Of a stretch of DNA of 64,000 nucleotides, positions 38,754-48,820 are shown piece after piece; the first letter of the stretch is position 1; every line of letters starts with the position of its first letter. The notes under the pieces were generated by a model. That model saw only the letters and a list, made by a program, of their open reading frames with translations. It was not told where the DNA came from and made no database searches. The DNA is from Candidatus Latescibacterota bacterium. GTDB taxonomy: Bacteria > Latescibacterota > UBA2968 > UBA8231. The stretch spans positions 5,600,001 through 5,664,000 of the forward strand of contig OZ244561.1 in NCBI GenBank assembly GCA_965217585.1, read 5' to 3'. Made by a program: the position numbers and the translations under genes.

Positions 38754-40190
38754 TTAGGGCAGCGCCACCTCGTCGCCGGTCTGCTCCTGCCAAGCGCGAA
38801 TCCGCTCGCTCAGTTCGCCGATTCGCGCTCGCTGCTCGGGCCGGTGGTATAAATTATCCAACTCGTGGGGGTCCACGTTCAGGTCGTATAGCTCGCCTTG
38901 GCCCTGGCCATACAGGTTGAGCTTCCAGCCATCGGCCGCGACAATGGTGCGGAGGGGATGCACCAAGCTGCGGTTCGGCTCGGCTTCGCCGATCGAGGCC
39001 GGCGGATGCCCGTCGGCGCCGCTCCACTCGACAAACACGTCGTTGGCCGCCAAGTCGTCGCGGCCGCACAGCACCGGCACCCGGCTCTGCCCCTGCAAAT
39101 GGTCCGGCGCATCCAGCCCGAGCAAGTCGAGCAACGTGGGTACCAAGTCGATGTGGCTAAACTGGCCGCCGATCCGCCGTGGCTCCGCATCCAACATGGG
39201 AGCGCGCAGTAGCAACGGCACCTTGATCGACTCCTCGTACATCAGGGTCTTGCCCAAAATCCCGTGATCGCCCATAAGCTCGCCGTGATCCGACGTGAAA
39301 ATCACAATGGTGTCGTCGGCCTTGCCACTCTCTTCCAGGGCCTGCAAGATGTTGGCCACCGAGCGATCCACCAGCGTCACATTGCCCCAATAGCGGGCCA
39401 GCAGCCCGCGCCAGCCAGCCTCGGTCTGCAAGTCCAACCCGTAGTTTTCCGAGGCCGAGTAAAAGGCCGCCATCAGCCGCACGATCAAGGGTGCGTCGTC
39501 CGGCGGGGGCTGCCTAAAGCTCGGCCCAGTCGGCAGGGTCGCCGGGTCGTAATACTCGTTGAGCGGCCCGGTGTGCGGCGGATGCGGCTCCAGATAGCTG
39601 ACGCACAGCGCAAAGGGCGCGTCGCCGCTCTGGCGGATGTATTCCGCGGCCTGCTCGCCCAAAAACGCCGCCTTGGTGTATTCCTCCGGCATGGAGGCCT
39701 CGGCGTGGCGCGAGAATACGCGCTGCCCGAGGTTCTCCGCATCGGGCGCGAACCCCTGCTCGACCAAGAAGTGGTGATACGGGCTGAGCACATCCAGCCG
39801 CTCCGGCGCGGAATAGCCACGCCGGTACGAGTCTTCGCTGCCGACCCACGTTGCAAATCCGTGCTGGGGAAAAATCTCATCCCCCAAGTGCCATTTGCCC
39901 ATAAAGGCCGTCTGGTATTCCGCCGGCAGCATCTCGGCAAAGGTCGGCACCTCGGCGCGCAGCGGCACATTGCACGCGGGCACGCCAGCGGTGTGCGGCC
40001 ACAGACCGGTCAACATGGTGGCCCGCGCCGGGCTGCACACCGGCTGGCTCACATAGGCATTTTCAAAGACAAAGCCGGCGGAGGCCAGCGCGTCGAGGGC
40101 CGGGGTCTCGATCTGCTCGTTGCCGTAGCAGCGCAGCGTATCTACGCGCTGCTGATCGGTGAAAATGTAGAGTATGTTGGGCTGTCCCAT
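38754..40190 (-). CDS. Sulfatase (Cys-type formylglycine)
   Basis: PNILYIFTDQ, CSPAR..MLTG, GKWHLG, FTSDHG. Confidence 0.92.
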   Translation of the reverse strand: MGQPNILYIFTDQQRVDTLRCYGNEQIETPALDALASAGFVFENAYVSQPVCSPARATMLTGLWPHTAGVPACNVPLRAEVPTFAEMLPAEYQTAFMGKWHLGDEIFPQHGFATWVGSEDSYRRGYSAPERLDVLSPYHHFLVEQGFAPDAENLGQRVFSRHAEASMPEEYTKAAFLGEQAAEYIRQSGDAPFALCVSYLEPHPPHTGPLNEYYDPATLPTGPSFRQPPPDDAPLIVRLMAAFYSASENYGLDLQTEAGWRGLLARYWGNVTLVDRSVANILQALEESGKADDTIVIFTSDHGELMGDHGILGKTLMYEESIKVPLLLRAPMLDAEPRRIGGQFSHIDLVPTLLDLLGLDAPDHLQGQSRVPVLCGRDDLAANDVFVEWSGADGHPPASIGEAEPNRSLVHPLRTIVAADGWKLNLYGQGQGELYDLNVDPHELDNLYHRPEQRARIGELSERIRAWQEQTGDEVALP

Positions 40191-40207
40191 AGAAATTCTC
40201 CATTCTC

Positions 40208-41266
40208 CTAGCCAGACTGATCCCCCTGCCGATTCGCCTGCGAGCGCGGCGTCAGGTCAAAATAGGTCTCGTGGCTAGAGAAAAAGCGCTCTAATTCATC
40301 GACCATGAGGCTGAAAAAGCTCGGGTATTCGTCGCGCGCCGTGCGTCCGGAAAAGTGCGGGGTCAAAAACACGTTAGGCAGATCGATAATTTCGCTGTCG
40401 GCCGGGATCGGCTCCGGGTCGAAGACATCCAAGGCCGCGACAATGTCGCCGCGCTTGAGGCGCTCGATCAGGGCCGCAGAATCGAAAATGGGCCCGCGCG
40501 ACACGTTCACCAAAGCCGCGCCCGACGGAATGAGATCCAACTCGCGCCGGCCAATCATGCCCTTGGTCTGTGGAGTCAGCGGCGCAACGCAGACAATCGC
40601 ATCGCATTGCGACAGCACGTTGTCCAGCGACGTTTGCAAAAAGCCCAATGCCTCGGCCAGTTCTTGCGGCAAGTACGGATCGTGTACCCATAGCTCGACC
40701 TCAAAGGGCCGCAACAGCTTCATCAGCCGCCGCCCCATGTGGCCGCCGCCGATCAACCCCACCCGCTTGCCGGTTAGCATCCCAGCCATCGGCTCAATAG
40801 TGGAGCGGTCGGTACTCCTAGCGAGGATGCGGCGGAAGAGCGCGCCAGCATTGCGCATGGCAATCAGCGTCAGCGCCAAGGCCCACTCGGCCACCGGATA
40901 GGACGAGCCATTGGTCGTATCCACCGTGCGGATGCCCCGTGCCCAAGCCGCATCCAAGTCGATGCGCGTGGCAAAGCGGTCGCCTTCCAATTCGCCGATG
41001 AGGCGCAGCCGGGGGGCGGCTGCCAAAATGGATTCCCCAATCCTCGGCGCGCCGTGGCAGATGACGAGCGCATCCACCGCGCCCATTTCCTTTGCCAACT
41101 GCGCGGTGGCCTCGGCGTCTTCGCTGGCGTGGTAAATATTGCCGCCCTCACAGGCAAACCACGCCCAGTCGGCAACCTGCTCTAGGCGCGTCAATTCCTC
41201 TGGCGGCAGGTAGCCATGGCGCACCCGCTCGCTACAGGCGATGAGTACTTGCGGACGATTTTCCAT
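40208..41266 (-). CDS. D-2-hydroxyacid dehydrogenase family
   Basis: GGGHMG, VNVSRG, ALDVFDPEP, LTPH. Confidence 0.88.
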   Translation of the reverse strand: MENRPQVLIACSERVRHGYLPPEELTRLEQVADWAWFACEGGNIYHASEDAEATAQLAKEMGAVDALVICHGAPRIGESILAAAPRLRLIGELEGDRFATRIDLDAAWARGIRTVDTTNGSSYPVAEWALALTLIAMRNAGALFRRILARSTDRSTIEPMAGMLTGKRVGLIGGGHMGRRLMKLLRPFEVELWVHDPYLPQELAEALGFLQTSLDNVLSQCDAIVCVAPLTPQTKGMIGRRELDLIPSGAALVNVSRGPIFDSAALIERLKRGDIVAALDVFDPEPIPADSEIIDLPNVFLTPHFSGRTARDEYPSFFSLMVDELERFFSSHETYFDLTPRSQANRQGDQSG

Positions 41267-41353
41267 TCATTCCTCCCTTGGTGGATGATGGCGGTTCGCA
41301 ACACATAGAGCTAAATAGCATATTTACACCCGCCCCACAACACTGGAGATACC

Positions 41354-42130
41354 ATGCTCGCCCTCGAACCTGTTGCACCGGCGGCCATTGACCGCGCCGC
41401 CGCCCTCTTTCACCGCGATGGTTTTGCCGTTGTCACCGACGCGCTGACTGACGAACAATTTGCCTATCTCACGGAAGGTGCACACCGCGTCGTTGCCGAG
41501 CAGACCGCCGCCATCCCGCTGGAGCAAGCCAACCGGGGCTTTGCGCGCTATTCCTTTGGCTCGCAGATCCACCATCCCGAATGGGCCATGCTCGCGGACT
41601 TGCCGACCATTTTGCCCATCGTCGAAGCCATTTTTGCCAGCGATCAGTTTATGTGCAGCGGTGCCGGCGGCGATTATTCTCTGCCCGGCGCAAAAATCCA
41701 GCACCTGCACCGCGACATGTCCGACGTGATTGGCGACCCCGAGCAGCGCGTCACCATCCTGGACCTGCCCACACCCTTTGTCGTCGTCAACTTTCCCATG
41801 ATTGATTTTAGCGCGGAAAATGGGGCCACGCGCTTCATCCGTGGCACCCACCGCTCGCGTCAGCCCATCCCCAGCCTCGAAGACGAACCCGCCTCGATGC
41901 AGCACTCTATCGCCTGTGCGCCGGCCCGCTCGGCCCTCATCCGGGACGTGCGCTGCTGGCACGGCGGCACGGCCAATACCTCTGAGGACGTGCGCATTAT
42001 GACGAGTGTCGGCTATTACGCGCCCTGGTTTCGCCGTCCCCAGCGAGATGGGGAAATGCCCCGTGCTCTGTACGACGCCCTTTCCGAACGTGGTAAGACG
42101 CTGTGCCGTTATATTGTCGCGTTGGACTGA
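41354..42130 (+). CDS. Phytanoyl-CoA dioxygenase (PhyH) family protein
   Basis: QHLHRD, ENGATRFIRGTH, WHGGTAN. Confidence 0.88.
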   Translation: MLALEPVAPAAIDRAAALFHRDGFAVVTDALTDEQFAYLTEGAHRVVAEQTAAIPLEQANRGFARYSFGSQIHHPEWAMLADLPTILPIVEAIFASDQFMCSGAGGDYSLPGAKIQHLHRDMSDVIGDPEQRVTILDLPTPFVVVNFPMIDFSAENGATRFIRGTHRSRQPIPSLEDEPASMQHSIACAPARSALIRDVRCWHGGTANTSEDVRIMTSVGYYAPWFRRPQRDGEMPRALYDALSERGKTLCRYIVALD

Positions 42131-42206
42131 GTTCTATAGAAGCACTTTTACGTCTAGCCGGCGAATGACGCAGTGCTGCTGGAAATAAGTCAGAGAGAGG
42201 GCTACT

Positions 42207-45200
42207 TCACGCCGCGTTTTCGTAATACGGCGACGGCACTGTTGGATAGGTGCGGAACACGTGCCGAAATACGTCGTCCGTCTTGGTTCCAACTTCGGCT
42301 TCCGAGTAATCGTCTGAAGGTAAGCCGGTGTTATCTCTCCAGAGGAAATCGTAGATCGCAACACGGACGGCATCCCGAGTCGCTTGCTTGTCGCGCCACT
42401 GACTTACGCGCAGCTTCTCGGCCTTCAGCGTTTTTAGCAGTTCGACAGCCACTTGCTTGATCCGCTCGCGCTCCGGTGCGCTCCGGTTCGGTTTCTGCAA
42501 CAGATCGAAGATCGCCAGCGATTCTTCGTCCAAGCCCTCGCGGGCCGCCCGACTTTCCTCCTGATCCAGATCCTGAACCAAGTCGAGCAACTCCTCAAAG
42601 GTCTGTTCAATGGTCGGCCGATCCTTCTCGCGGTTGTAGGCCGCGACGATTTCTTCGTAGCGCTGCTGAAAATCCGTGCGCAGCGGGTTCCGCTCCAGCA
42701 TGCGCTGGAGTTTCTTTTCTACCGTATCCTTGAGCCCCTGCACGCCGGTGCGCCGACGGTCACTCCGCCTGAACTCCTGCTTGAGCCGCTCGAAGTCAAT
42801 GCGGCTGATGTCGTAGAGAGGTCGATCAACCGCCGTGTCCGACTGCACCGCGACCGCTTCACTCGCCACCTCGCTTAACGTGCGAAGGATGTCGCTGATG
42901 TCGGCCTGTTCCCGATCCCGCTGCAGGCTCTTATAAATGATGTCAATGGCGTCTCGGTCCGTGCGGTGGTCGTTGACGCCGGGGGCATTGATGCACGCCT
43001 TGAACTTCCTGAACACCTCGCGGCACATCACCTCAAAGCGCTGGCGGGTCTCGTCGTTCTCGTTGGCGACCTCCTTGCAGGAGACAATGGCGGCGTTGCG
43101 CTCAAAGCCGATTTTGCCGATGACATCGTCGAGCGGCGCACCGCCCTTAACGAGAAAATCGCGCACCAGCGCAATCGCCTCGGCCAAGTCGGCAAGTAGG
43201 TCCTCTTCTGGCTTAGCGGGGTCGATTGCGGGGCCTTCACCGCCCGGTTCCGCGCCAGCAAATGTCGCCAGTGCTTGGCGCAGATGCTTGAGGATGCCGC
43301 AGTAATCCACGATTAGCCCGTTGTTTTTGCCCTCGTTCACTCGGTTGGCGCGGGCAATGGCCTGCATCAACGTGTGTGCCTTGAGCGGCTTGTCGAGGTA
43401 GAGCGTGGATAGGCAGGGCACGTCAAAGCCGGTCAGCCACATGGCGCAGACAATGGCAATGCGGAACGGGTGCTCTGGCTCCTTGAAGGCATCGTCCAAG
43501 TCCATCCGCTGCTTGTTGCGGAACGAGGGCTTGTCGCGCATGGACGCGGGCAGTTCCATGCCTTCCTTGATGAGCCGGCGGTGCGGTATAATGTCCAAGT
43601 CCCACTTGCCAAACTTCTCCACCTCGCCCTGTTCCTCGCTCACCACAACGGCCATGCGCGTCTCGCGCATCCACGCGATCTGCTTTTCGGTCTGTTCGTC
43701 CTTCGTCTGCGCAAGCCCTGCTTCTAGCTCATTGGCGTGCTCGTTCCAATAGAACTCAATCAGCCGATGCATCCGCACGCAGGTGATCTTGTCGATGCAG
43801 ACCAGCATGGCTTTGCCGGTCTCCCAAGCAGTCGAATAATGCCGCACGAAGTCCCGCGCGATCTGATCGAGCCGCTTGTCAGCGATGATGACGTGGTAGT
43901 CGCGAGCCAGTGCCCGCTCCAAACGCTGCTGCACGTCGATATCGTCGATTTCAAATTCCTCCAACTTCGCGGCGATGCGCTCGTTCAGGTCGCCGACGGC
44001 CACGTTCAGTTTGTCGCCGCGGGCGTCGTAGTAGAGCGGCACAGTGGCCTCGTCTTCTACGGCGCGCTGGAAGTCGTAGGTGGAGACGTACTCGCCAAAG
44101 ACCCGCCGCGTGAGTTCGTCGTCCTTGAACAGCGGCGTGCCGGTGAAGCCGATATAGCTGGCGTTGGGCAGAGCGTTGCGCATGTTGATCGCTAGCGTGC
44201 CGTACTGCGTGCGATGCGCTTCGTCGGTGATGACGATGACGTCGTCGCGCTGGGTGTACGCTGTGCTGGGGTTCGCGTTGAACTTCTGGATCAGCGAAAA
44301 GACGTATGCCTTGTGCTCGGCCAAGAGCCGACTCAGGTGTCGTCCATCGGACGCCCGGCAGGGGTCGCGGTCGTGGTTCACTACGTCGCAGCCGGCGAAG
44401 GTCTTGTAGATTTGGCTGTCGAGGTCGTCGCGGTCGGTCAGCACCAGAAAAGTAAAATTGCCGCCTAGCTTGCGGTGCACCTTGCGGGTGAACATCACCA
44501 TGGAGTAGCTCTTGCCCGCGCCCTGCGTGTGCCAGAAGACGCCGAGTTTGCCATCCCGCGTTTTGCGCTCGCGCACGGCCTCGACGGCGCGGTTCACGCC
44601 CAAAAATTGATGGTTGCGGGCGAGGATTTTCCTCGTCGCGCCGGACGACTCATCGAAGAGGATGAAGTTCTCCACGAGATCCAGAAAGTTGCGCTTGTCG
44701 CAGACGCCCTTGAGTAGCGTCTCCATATCCACGACGCCCGGTTCCTCTTCCGCTAGCCGCTTCCACTCGTGGAAATGCTCCCATTGGCTGGTGATGGAGC
44801 CGATCTTCGCCTGCTCGCCGTTGCCGAACATCACTATTGCGTTGTGGTGGAAGAGATGGGGGATGGTGGTCTTGTAATCCGAGAAGTTTTGCTCGAAAGC
44901 GGCCTTGAGATTGCGGTGGATGTTCTTGCACTCGATGAACAGCAAGGGCAGGCCGTTGACAAAGCCCACGATGTCGGCTCGCCGGCGGTAGAGGTCGCCG
45001 CGCACCCACAGCTCACGCACGCAGAGGAAATGGTTGTTCTCTGGCGTCTCGAAGTCAAAGACCTTCAGCCGCTGCCGCTGCCGCTCCCGCTCGCCTTTGT
45101 CGTTGCGGAAGGCAACCGTGACACCGTCGCGCAGCAGGTCGTACTGTTCGCGGTTGGCGGCGACGAGGGTCTGCGAAGCGGCGGTGGCGGTAATCTGCTG

Positions 45201-45431
45201 CACGGCGTCGTCATAAGCGGCGTCCGGCAGGCTCGGATTTAACGAGCGCAGCGCGGCGTACAGATAGCGCGTCAGCACTACCTCGCGGTCGGAGGCGCGG
45301 CCCAGCAGGCTGTTCGGGCCGAAGTCCTCGGCGTTATGGGCGTAGATGGATTCCCAGCCGAGTTGGTGCTCTAAGTAATCGGCAGTGGTCTGCTGGACGA
45401 GGGTGTCTTCGGTGTAGGGCGCGGGGTTCAT
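42207..45431 (-). CDS. hsdR: Type I restriction endonuclease subunit R
   Basis: ADIVGFVNGLPL..IECK, WHTQGAGKS, DEAHR, FTGTP, MWLTGFD, QAIARANR. Confidence 0.95.
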   Translation of the reverse strand: MNPAPYTEDTLVQQTTADYLEHQLGWESIYAHNAEDFGPNSLLGRASDREVVLTRYLYAALRSLNPSLPDAAYDDAVQQITATAASQTLVAANREQYDLLRDGVTVAFRNDKGERERQRQRLKVFDFETPENNHFLCVRELWVRGDLYRRRADIVGFVNGLPLLFIECKNIHRNLKAAFEQNFSDYKTTIPHLFHHNAIVMFGNGEQAKIGSITSQWEHFHEWKRLAEEEPGVVDMETLLKGVCDKRNFLDLVENFILFDESSGATRKILARNHQFLGVNRAVEAVRERKTRDGKLGVFWHTQGAGKSYSMVMFTRKVHRKLGGNFTFLVLTDRDDLDSQIYKTFAGCDVVNHDRDPCRASDGRHLSRLLAEHKAYVFSLIQKFNANPSTAYTQRDDVIVITDEAHRTQYGTLAINMRNALPNASYIGFTGTPLFKDDELTRRVFGEYVSTYDFQRAVEDEATVPLYYDARGDKLNVAVGDLNERIAAKLEEFEIDDIDVQQRLERALARDYHVIIADKRLDQIARDFVRHYSTAWETGKAMLVCIDKITCVRMHRLIEFYWNEHANELEAGLAQTKDEQTEKQIAWMRETRMAVVVSEEQGEVEKFGKWDLDIIPHRRLIKEGMELPASMRDKPSFRNKQRMDLDDAFKEPEHPFRIAIVCAMWLTGFDVPCLSTLYLDKPLKAHTLMQAIARANRVNEGKNNGLIVDYCGILKHLRQALATFAGAEPGGEGPAIDPAKPEEDLLADLAEAIALVRDFLVKGGAPLDDVIGKIGFERNAAIVSCKEVANENDETRQRFEVMCREVFRKFKACINAPGVNDHRTDRDAIDIIYKSLQRDREQADISDILRTLSEVASEAVAVQSDTAVDRPLYDISRIDFERLKQEFRRSDRRRTGVQGLKDTVEKKLQRMLERNPLRTDFQQRYEEIVAAYNREKDRPTIEQTFEELLDLVQDLDQEESRAAREGLDEESLAIFDLLQKPNRSAPERERIKQVAVELLKTLKAEKLRVSQWRDKQATRDAVRVAIYDFLWRDNTGLPSDDYSEAEVGTKTDDVFRHVFRTYPTVPSPYYENAA

Positions 45432-46852
45432 TCGGTCTTCGTCAAGTGCTCTCGCAACGCTTGGCCCTTGTCTGTCAGCCGATACTGCTGCTTGCTGCTT
45501 CTGGGTTTGTCGGGGATGGTCATTTCTACCAACTCTGCTTCAATGGCCGGACGCAGATAAAGAAGACGGAAGTTCTTTTCTGCTTTGAGTCCAAGAGCCT
45601 TCTGCAAGGAATTGCGGTCCATTGCTCCGCTCATAACCTGAAGAAGTCCCATAACTTCGGGTGTGACTTCGGGTGTGACTTCGGGTGTGACTTCGGGTGT
45701 GCCTTGGTGCCGACTTGGTCTCAACTTGGTCTCAACTTCTGCGGTCGGCCTGAAAAAAGTCGTCGTCACCCAGTGCTCGGACACGTCAATCACTGGCTCC
45801 GCCACCTCGTGCTCTCGGCAAAGCTGGCGAATGCGCCGGATGCCGGAACCGATTTGCTCCACCACGTCCATGCGGTACAACATGCCGAACAGCAGCGGAT
45901 TGCGCGGGATGCTCTTAGTGCCCAGATCCGCTTCCTCCATCCCTGCGGGCAACCCGCCCGGACTGACGATTTCGATTCGGTCCTTAAAGATGTAAATCTG
46001 GACGTTCGCGGTCGAGCGGTAATCGCGGTGGGCAACGGCATTCGCCACCGCTTCCCGCAGGGCCTCTTCGGGCAACTCCGGCCGTTCCTGCCGCCTCACG
46101 TGCTTGATGATGTACTCGACATTGATTTTGGTGAGAATCCAAGCGACTACTTCGTCTATCATCGTCGGAATGTCGCTGTGGAAGTCCCGCCGATCGAGAA
46201 TCCTCACCTTCTCGATTCCCATGAACAGGGCACAAGACACGTGGGCACTGGTTGTGAACCTCCGAATGTCTCGTGCCAGAAGCCATGCTCCGGCATGGGT
46301 CATACGATCTTGTACATCGACTAGGCCGAGGTTTCGGAGGGCCACGAGCCGATCCATCGCCTCTGGGATTTTGGCGCGTTCACTAAACCGCGCCCAAGTC
46401 TCGTCATCAAGATCATTTTCCATGGCGAAAACCTCACAGGGCTTCTTGTCGAAATGAAGGCGTCCAACCGCGTAGAACAGGTTTTCCACTTCTGCATTCG
46501 ACATTTGCTGACTGCTCGCCCCGTCGCGTATGAAGAATCGTCCGCCGAATGAGTAGGGCTTGCGTTCCTGCGGCGGCACGACCACGGACAAGACCTCACC
46601 GACGCTCTCGACTTCCACCGAGATCGGCGGGTCTGCCGACCGTGCGGTGCTTTGCACCCTCGACTTCAGCCGATTGTGGTCGTCCACACCGACGATCTCT
46701 CCGGCATCTGAGACGCCGAGCAGGATTACTCCGCCGGTGGCGTTGGCGAAAGCGCATATCTCCCGCCCGAGGGCGGAGGGCATGGCCCGCTTGAACTCGG
46801 TGGTGAAGCCTTCGCCGAGGGCGATGAGGTCGGTGAGGGATTGGGGGTTCAT
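45428..46852 (-). CDS. AlbA_2 (Schlafen-like) + HATPase_c_4 + HTH protein
   Basis: EGFTTEFK..AFANATGG..LGVSD; REAVANAVAHRDY; RNPLL; GSGI; TIPDKPRSSKQQY. Confidence 0.85.
   Translation of the reverse strand: MNPQSLTDLIALGEGFTTEFKRAMPSALGREICAFANATGGVILLGVSDAGEIVGVDDHNRLKSRVQSTARSADPPISVEVESVGEVLSVVVPPQERKPYSFGGRFFIRDGASSQQMSNAEVENLFYAVGRLHFDKKPCEVFAMENDLDDETWARFSERAKIPEAMDRLVALRNLGLVDVQDRMTHAGAWLLARDIRRFTTSAHVSCALFMGIEKVRILDRRDFHSDIPTMIDEVVAWILTKINVEYIIKHVRRQERPELPEEALREAVANAVAHRDYRSTANVQIYIFKDRIEIVSPGGLPAGMEEADLGTKSIPRNPLLFGMLYRMDVVEQIGSGIRRIRQLCREHEVAEPVIDVSEHWVTTTFFRPTAEVETKLRPSRHQGTPEVTPEVTPEVTPEVMGLLQVMSGAMDRNSLQKALGLKAEKNFRLLYLRPAIEAELVEMTIPDKPRSSKQQYRLTDKGQALREHLTKTE
45654..45701 (-). 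repeat. Perfect 12-bp tandem repeat x4 encoding TPEV
   Basis: (acttcgggtgtg)4 on the + strand. Confidence 0.95.
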
Positions 46853-46853
46853 A

Positions 46854-47255
46854 TCAGCGGACCCAGTTTTCCAGCATGAGCCCCGGAACTTTTTCAAACT
46901 CTTTTACATTATTGCTCACCAAAACCAGCCCGTACGCACGCGCCTGACCCGCGATCATCATATCGTAGGAGCCTATCGGAGCACCAACGCGATACAGTTC
47001 TGCACGGATTCGACCAAAATGGCTGGCTGCAACTTGGTCAAACGGCATGATCTCAAGCCTGGTGCCCAGCGATTCAATATCCGCCAGATTGCGCTCGGGC
47101 TGGGCGGAGCGTTCAACGCCATAGACAAGTTCGCCCCAAGTTACGGAAGAAATCGCCATCTGACCTTGCGACCGATTGAATTTTTGCCGCAGCGATTGGG
47201 GGCGGGTCTTGATGGCATAAATCACCACATTGGTATCTAGCAGATACCTGAGCAT
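46854..47255 (-). CDS. vapC: VapC PIN-domain toxin
   Basis: YLLDTN, EL.YG, IGSYDMMIAG, NNVKEF. Confidence 0.92.
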   Translation of the reverse strand: MLRYLLDTNVVIYAIKTRPQSLRQKFNRSQGQMAISSVTWGELVYGVERSAQPERNLADIESLGTRLEIMPFDQVAASHFGRIRAELYRVGAPIGSYDMMIAGQARAYGLVLVSNNVKEFEKVPGLMLENWVR

Positions 47256-47491
47256 CACAGTTTTTCTCGCCGTGCATCGGCCGGCTGTTCCCGTACCGAC
47301 ATAAAATCATCCGAAACACCGGGTCCGTTGAACCACTCATCCCAACTCTCGCCAGCAGGTGTGATAACGCGCTTTGACCCTATCGCGACGATATCGACCT
47401 CGCGCACTGATTCCGGCAGTTCAACGGCCTTGGGCAGCCGCACCGCTTGGCTCTTGTTGCTCATAAAAACTTTCGTGTGTGCCGTTGCCAT
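47255..47491 (-). CDS. vapB: VapB (AbrB-type) antitoxin
   Basis: VFMSNKSQAVRLPK...SWDEWF. Confidence 0.92.
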   Translation of the reverse strand: MATAHTKVFMSNKSQAVRLPKAVELPESVREVDIVAIGSKRVITPAGESWDEWFNGPGVSDDFMSVREQPADARREKL

Positions 47492-47543
47492 GCTATGACC
47501 TCACTTCAATTTAATTTGGATATACAATAAGCATATACAAAAG

Positions 47544-47652
47544 TGGCGAAGGCGCAAATCTCCCACCCGAGGTCGGAGCGCATGGCCTGTTTGAACTCGG
47601 TGGTGAAGCCTTAGCTGAGGGCGAGGAGGGCGGAGAGGGCTTGGGGATTCAT
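47544..47652 (-). pseudogene. Degenerate duplicate of the AlbA_2 gene 5' end
   Basis: 110-bp direct repeat of 46744-46853 with 14 mismatches counted by eye; contains an in-frame TAA. Confidence 0.85.
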
Positions 47653-48776
47653 ATTGTTATTTCGCCGTTCATCAGGCGCGGGAGAAGTAGGTCGCGGGCT
47701 CTTTCGAGCTTGGCATTTTGCCGGCGCAAGGTATCGATTTGCTGGTGGAAAGGGCCGACCGTGTTCTCGAAAAGGCAATGATACGACGATGATGGCGTCA
47801 AAATCAGACGGCTGTGAGCAAAATCACGGTTCAATCCGGGGACTGCAACGTCTGTGCTAATGAATGGTACAGTCCGCAGTGCATAGTACAGACGCAAAGA
47901 ACAGTTCTCGCTCTGAACGTAATACACTGTATCTATCGGAAAGCAGTCTTTCGACGACCAGTAAATGCTGCCAACGTTACCTTTGCGCCCAACGATGATC
48001 GTTGGGCCGTTGACCATAGCCCTATTGTGAGTTCCTACAATGCCGCTTGATCCATAGACAGGAACACTACCGGGAAGTCTATCATCTTTCTTGAGAGATC
48101 TCCCGTAATTCAGCGGCGCAACCTCACCCAGCGGCTTCCTCTCCCATCCCTCCGGCACGCCGTCCTTGATCTTGACGTGCTCATGGCCAGGGAAACGGAG
48201 GTGAACAAACCACTCCTTGTAGAGCAGCCGCGCCGCCTGCTCCAGCAAGCGAATTCGCCGCCGATTATTCTCGATCAGGTCGTCGTAGGCGGAGAGTACG
48301 GAGGCGATGCGGATCTGTACAGATTTTTTGGGAATCGGTAGCGTAAAGGACGAAAGCACTCTTGCGTTCGCGTTTGGTTGGGCCGCACCTCCTACACGAG
48401 AAAGAACAAATTTTTTGTATGTATCTGATTCGACAATCCGGCCAACATAGCCAGGGTCTGCTTTATCACGGTCAACGCGAATTCTTACAAGATATGACGC
48501 AAACACAGATGTCTCATTGCTCCGAATCAGCTTGGCATATCCTACTGTTGCTCCAGTGCGAGCTATAACAATGTCACCAGGTACAAGAGAAAATTTGTTG
48601 AGATTTACTTCATTGATCTCACAATAAGGGACTTTATCCCAGTCGATCTGAGGAGGCACTATGTCGGTGATACGCAGAAATTTTGGTCCGACTTCTGTGT
48701 CGGATGCCGAGGCTGTGTATCCGTATTGGACTGACTCAGAAATTTCTGCAAGGGACATCAGGGGCGCGTTTTTCAT
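47649..48776 (-). CDS. hsdS: Type I R-M specificity subunit
   Basis: Two AT-richer TRDs; YDDLIENNRRRI...LYKEWFV, PEGWE, RDLLLPRLMNGEI. Confidence 0.93.
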   Translation of the reverse strand: MKNAPLMSLAEISESVQYGYTASASDTEVGPKFLRITDIVPPQIDWDKVPYCEINEVNLNKFSLVPGDIVIARTGATVGYAKLIRSNETSVFASYLVRIRVDRDKADPGYVGRIVESDTYKKFVLSRVGGAAQPNANARVLSSFTLPIPKKSVQIRIASVLSAYDDLIENNRRRIRLLEQAARLLYKEWFVHLRFPGHEHVKIKDGVPEGWERKPLGEVAPLNYGRSLKKDDRLPGSVPVYGSSGIVGTHNRAMVNGPTIIVGRKGNVGSIYWSSKDCFPIDTVYYVQSENCSLRLYYALRTVPFISTDVAVPGLNRDFAHSRLILTPSSSYHCLFENTVGPFHQQIDTLRRQNAKLERARDLLLPRLMNGEITI

Positions 48777-48820
48777 AGCATCAACCCCTATAATTCAAAA
48801 ACAACACGAGCATATCCATT

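Noticed and set aside
45654-45701. Short repeats as a possible CRISPR array
   Set aside because: No spacers, 12-bp unit, in frame within a CDS; no cas genes in the window
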